From assembly GCA_900128565.1 (NCBI GenBank), contig LT635958.1, forward strand, positions 1 to 32,398: 32,398 nucleotides of DNA, written 5' to 3'. A program made the translations under genes and the position numbers. The notes under the pieces are model-generated. The model searched no databases, was not told the origin of the DNA, and saw nothing but the letters and a program-made list of their open reading frames with translations. Positions 30,194-32,398 of this stretch are shown in pieces. How positions within the stretch are numbered: the first letter of the stretch is position 1; every line of letters begins with the position of its first letter. The stretch comes from Stramenopiles sp. TOSAG23-6 (lineage: Eukaryota).

Positions 30194-32398
30194 ATGTTAC
30201 GTAATAGCTATGGTTTGAAAAGCGCCTTCTTTATCACATTTATTCTTGTTACATATGTTGGATTAAACAATGCATTGAAACTGCATGCACAATCAGATGT
30301 GTTGGCTAAGCTCGCGGAACCTGTCGTGGATACAGCGAAAACAGAAACAAAAGATGTGGTAACTAAGCTCGCGGAACCTGTCGTGGATACAGCGAAAACA
30401 GAAACAAAAGATGTGGTAACTAAGCTCGCGGAACCTGTCGTGGATACAGCGAAAACAGAAACAAAAGATGTGGTAACTAAGCTCGCGGAACCTGTCGTGG
30501 ATACAGCGAAAACAGAAGTAAATGATGTGATAGCTAAGCTCGTGGAACCTGTCGTGGATACACCGAAAACAGAAACAAATGATGTGGTGGCTAAACTTAG
30601 CGGTGCAGCCTTGATTAAAGCACAAAATGAAGCCAATAACAACGTCATATTGGCTACTGCTAAAGTAAATAGAATATTGATGAATTCTGGAGAATTTGCT
30701 TTGCAGGACACAATAAAAAATGAAAAAAAAATCCTTTCAAAAATTCAACTTTCACTCCAAAATATGGAAAACTCCCAAAAAGCACAACTAAAAGCGAATG
30801 CAATTCACCATGAGGCTACAAAGAAAGCTATGGAAGTACAGAATAAAATAATTCGAGAATTAAAGTCCACAACTGATATTCACCACAAGGCTACAAAGAA
30901 AGCTATGGGGCTCGAAGGCAAAATGATTGGAGCAATAAATTCTTCAGTGAAACATCTTCCAGAAAAAACAAAAATTATTGAGAAAAAAGCTGAAAAGATA
31001 GAAGAAGAAAAAACAAAAGAAGAAAAAAGAAACATCTCAAATTTACGAGGAGGAGCGGATTTGAAAAAGGTTATTACTAAGTTGTCTAAAAACGTTGGTA
31101 AACTAACAGTGCAAATCGGTTCTATGAAGCAGCTCGTAAAAACGAAAGCTACTGCTCCAACTCAGCCAACTCCAACGCAGCCTGTTGCACTTCAATCAGT
31201 ACCAGCAGAAACAAAAGCAGCTGCTCCAACTCAACCTGTTGCACTTCAACCAACGTCAGCAGAAACAAAAGCAGCTGCTCCAACTCAACCTGCTGCACTT
31301 CAACCAACGTCAGCAGAAACAGAAGGTACTGCTCCAGCTAAAATGGTTGCATCTGTAGAACCATGTGTGCCCACTATGAATCCATGTCCTGGTCCAGGAA
31401 AAACTGGTAAAAAACAACCTTTAGCAGCACCACCCTGCATACCTGAAATAAATCCTTGTCCTCCTCGCGAAGACTGGGTTACTCCTGTCGAAACATCTAT
31501 ACGCCAAAGCCGTCGAAAATCACTACATCACAGACCGCCTCATGGAAAAAGACATGAAGCTTTCCAGATTGAACCTCGAAAATCTCATCCTAATGATAAA
31601 TATGGATTTGATAAAGTATCTTCTGCTGAAGATAAAGCTAGAAAATTACGAAGACATGCTGAGGATCGTGGTGCTGCAGCCTCAAAAGTAAGCAAAGTTG
31701 TAAAAAAACACAGAGACGGACGAAAACGTGCAGATGACCGTGGTGTTGGTGAATCTAGAATAGTAAGCAAAGTTGTGAAAAAATACAGGGACGGTGAATT
31801 CGGAAAAGACGATGAAGAAGAAGATGCTGAAGATTTCGACAGCTATGACGACGATGGAGAAGACATGCATGAAGATGAAGACTCCGAAGATTTCGACAGC
31901 TATGACGACGATGGAGAAGACATGCATGAAGATGAAGACCCCGAAGATTTTGGCGACGATGAGATAGATATGCTTCAAGAAGATGAAGATGATAATGAAG
32001 ATGATGCGCCACCCTCAGGTAATCGTTTAGATGCTGATGAAGGGCCACCTGAAGTACCACTTGAAGCAAAGAAACCTTCATCAAATAAGGCTCCAGTACC
32101 TGGTGAAGAAGACGAAGTAGCAATCCCTGGTTTAGATGATGCGCCACCCTCTGGTGGTGTTTCAGATGATGATGAAGGATCAAATACTGGTTTAAATGAT
32201 GCTGAAGGACCACCTGAAGCAAAAGCGAAGAAACCTTCATCACCTGCGCCCGGTGCGCCAAAATCTGGCAAAGATGAAGGGGCAATCCCTGGTATAGAAG
32301 ATGCACCAGCCTCTGATGCCGATGCGCCAGCAACTGGTAAAGGTGAAGGTGAAATTCCTGGTATAGAAGATGCACCAGCGTCTGATGCCGATGCGCCA
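30194..32398 (+). CDS. Large putative secreted multi-repeat protein, 3' truncated (at least 735 aa)
   Basis: Not in the ORF track. ATG at 30194, MLRNSYGLKSAFFITFILVTYVGLNNA (signal-like); no stop found to the window end. Confidence 0.8.
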   Translation, partial: MLRNSYGLKSAFFITFILVTYVGLNNALKLHAQSDVLAKLAEPVVDTAKTETKDVVTKLAEPVVDTAKTETKDVVTKLAEPVVDTAKTETKDVVTKLAEPVVDTAKTEVNDVIAKLVEPVVDTPKTETNDVVAKLSGAALIKAQNEANNNVILATAKVNRILMNSGEFALQDTIKNEKKILSKIQLSLQNMENSQKAQLKANAIHHEATKKAMEVQNKIIRELKSTTDIHHKATKKAMGLEGKMIGAINSSVKHLPEKTKIIEKKAEKIEEEKTKEEKRNISNLRGGADLKKVITKLSKNVGKLTVQIGSMKQLVKTKATAPTQPTPTQPVALQSVPAETKAAAPTQPVALQPTSAETKAAAPTQPAALQPTSAETEGTAPAKMVASVEPCVPTMNPCPGPGKTGKKQPLAAPPCIPEINPCPPREDWVTPVETSIRQSRRKSLHHRPPHGKRHEAFQIEPRKSHPNDKYGFDKVSSAEDKARKLRRHAEDRGAAASKVSKVVKKHRDGRKRADDRGVGESRIVSKVVKKYRDGEFGKDDEEEDAEDFDSYDDDGEDMHEDEDSEDFDSYDDDGEDMHEDEDPEDFGDDEIDMLQEDEDDNEDDAPPSGNRLDADEGPPEVPLEAKKPSSNKAPVPGEEDEVAIPGLDDAPPSGGVSDDDEGSNTGLNDAEGPPEAKAKKPSSPAPGAPKSGKDEGAIPGIEDAPASDADAPATGKGEGEIPGIEDAPASDADAP
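30296..30597 (+). repeat. About 5 x 57-nt coding repeat (DVVTKLAEPVVDTAKTETK)
   Basis: Near-perfect tandem units. Confidence 0.93.
31829..31951 (+). repeat. 2+ x 57-nt acidic coding repeat (EDFDSYDDDGEDMHEDEDS)
   Basis: Direct tandem duplication. Confidence 0.88.

Noticed and set aside
30296-30597. CRISPR-like array
   Set aside because: Contiguous 3n repeats without spacers, inside a eukaryotic ORF.
28235-32375. Minus-strand ORFs over the repetitive genes, and other overlapping ORFs in the track
   Set aside because: Antisense or frame shadows of low-complexity coding sequence.

Overview
Gene-dense, AT-rich eukaryotic nuclear DNA from a flagellated protist. RPGRIP1L indicates a cilium and TTAGGG repeats are present; a stramenopile origin is my guess. 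It holds about 17 protein genes: an RPGRIP1L/fantom 5' exon, Zn-dependent alcohol dehydrogenase, SPFH protein, SET methyltransferase, PP2C, PSMB3, an SGNH-like protein, HMG-box protein, PRPF6, a TBC-rhodanese protein, IAH1-like esterase, an MSP-domain protein, two large repetitive secreted proteins and three hypotheticals. The main discovery is a family of 8 related ~100-nt introns in 4 unrelated genes. All start after exonic AT (AT|GTA(C/T) or AT|GTTCGT). Most share an internal TTTCGTACGAAA-type palindrome, and all 7 complete copies carry a TACCTAA(C/T) branch-like box. They end 35-44 nt after that box (35 nt in 4 of 7), mostly without AG: CAT x5, CGT x1, CAG x1. They look like introner-type insertions with an AT duplication, spliced as GT-AT (or AT-AC if shifted by 2 nt), and they coexist with ordinary GT-AG introns that lack the motif. 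All splice junctions are inferred from reading frame and recalled homology; none is confirmed by RNA data.
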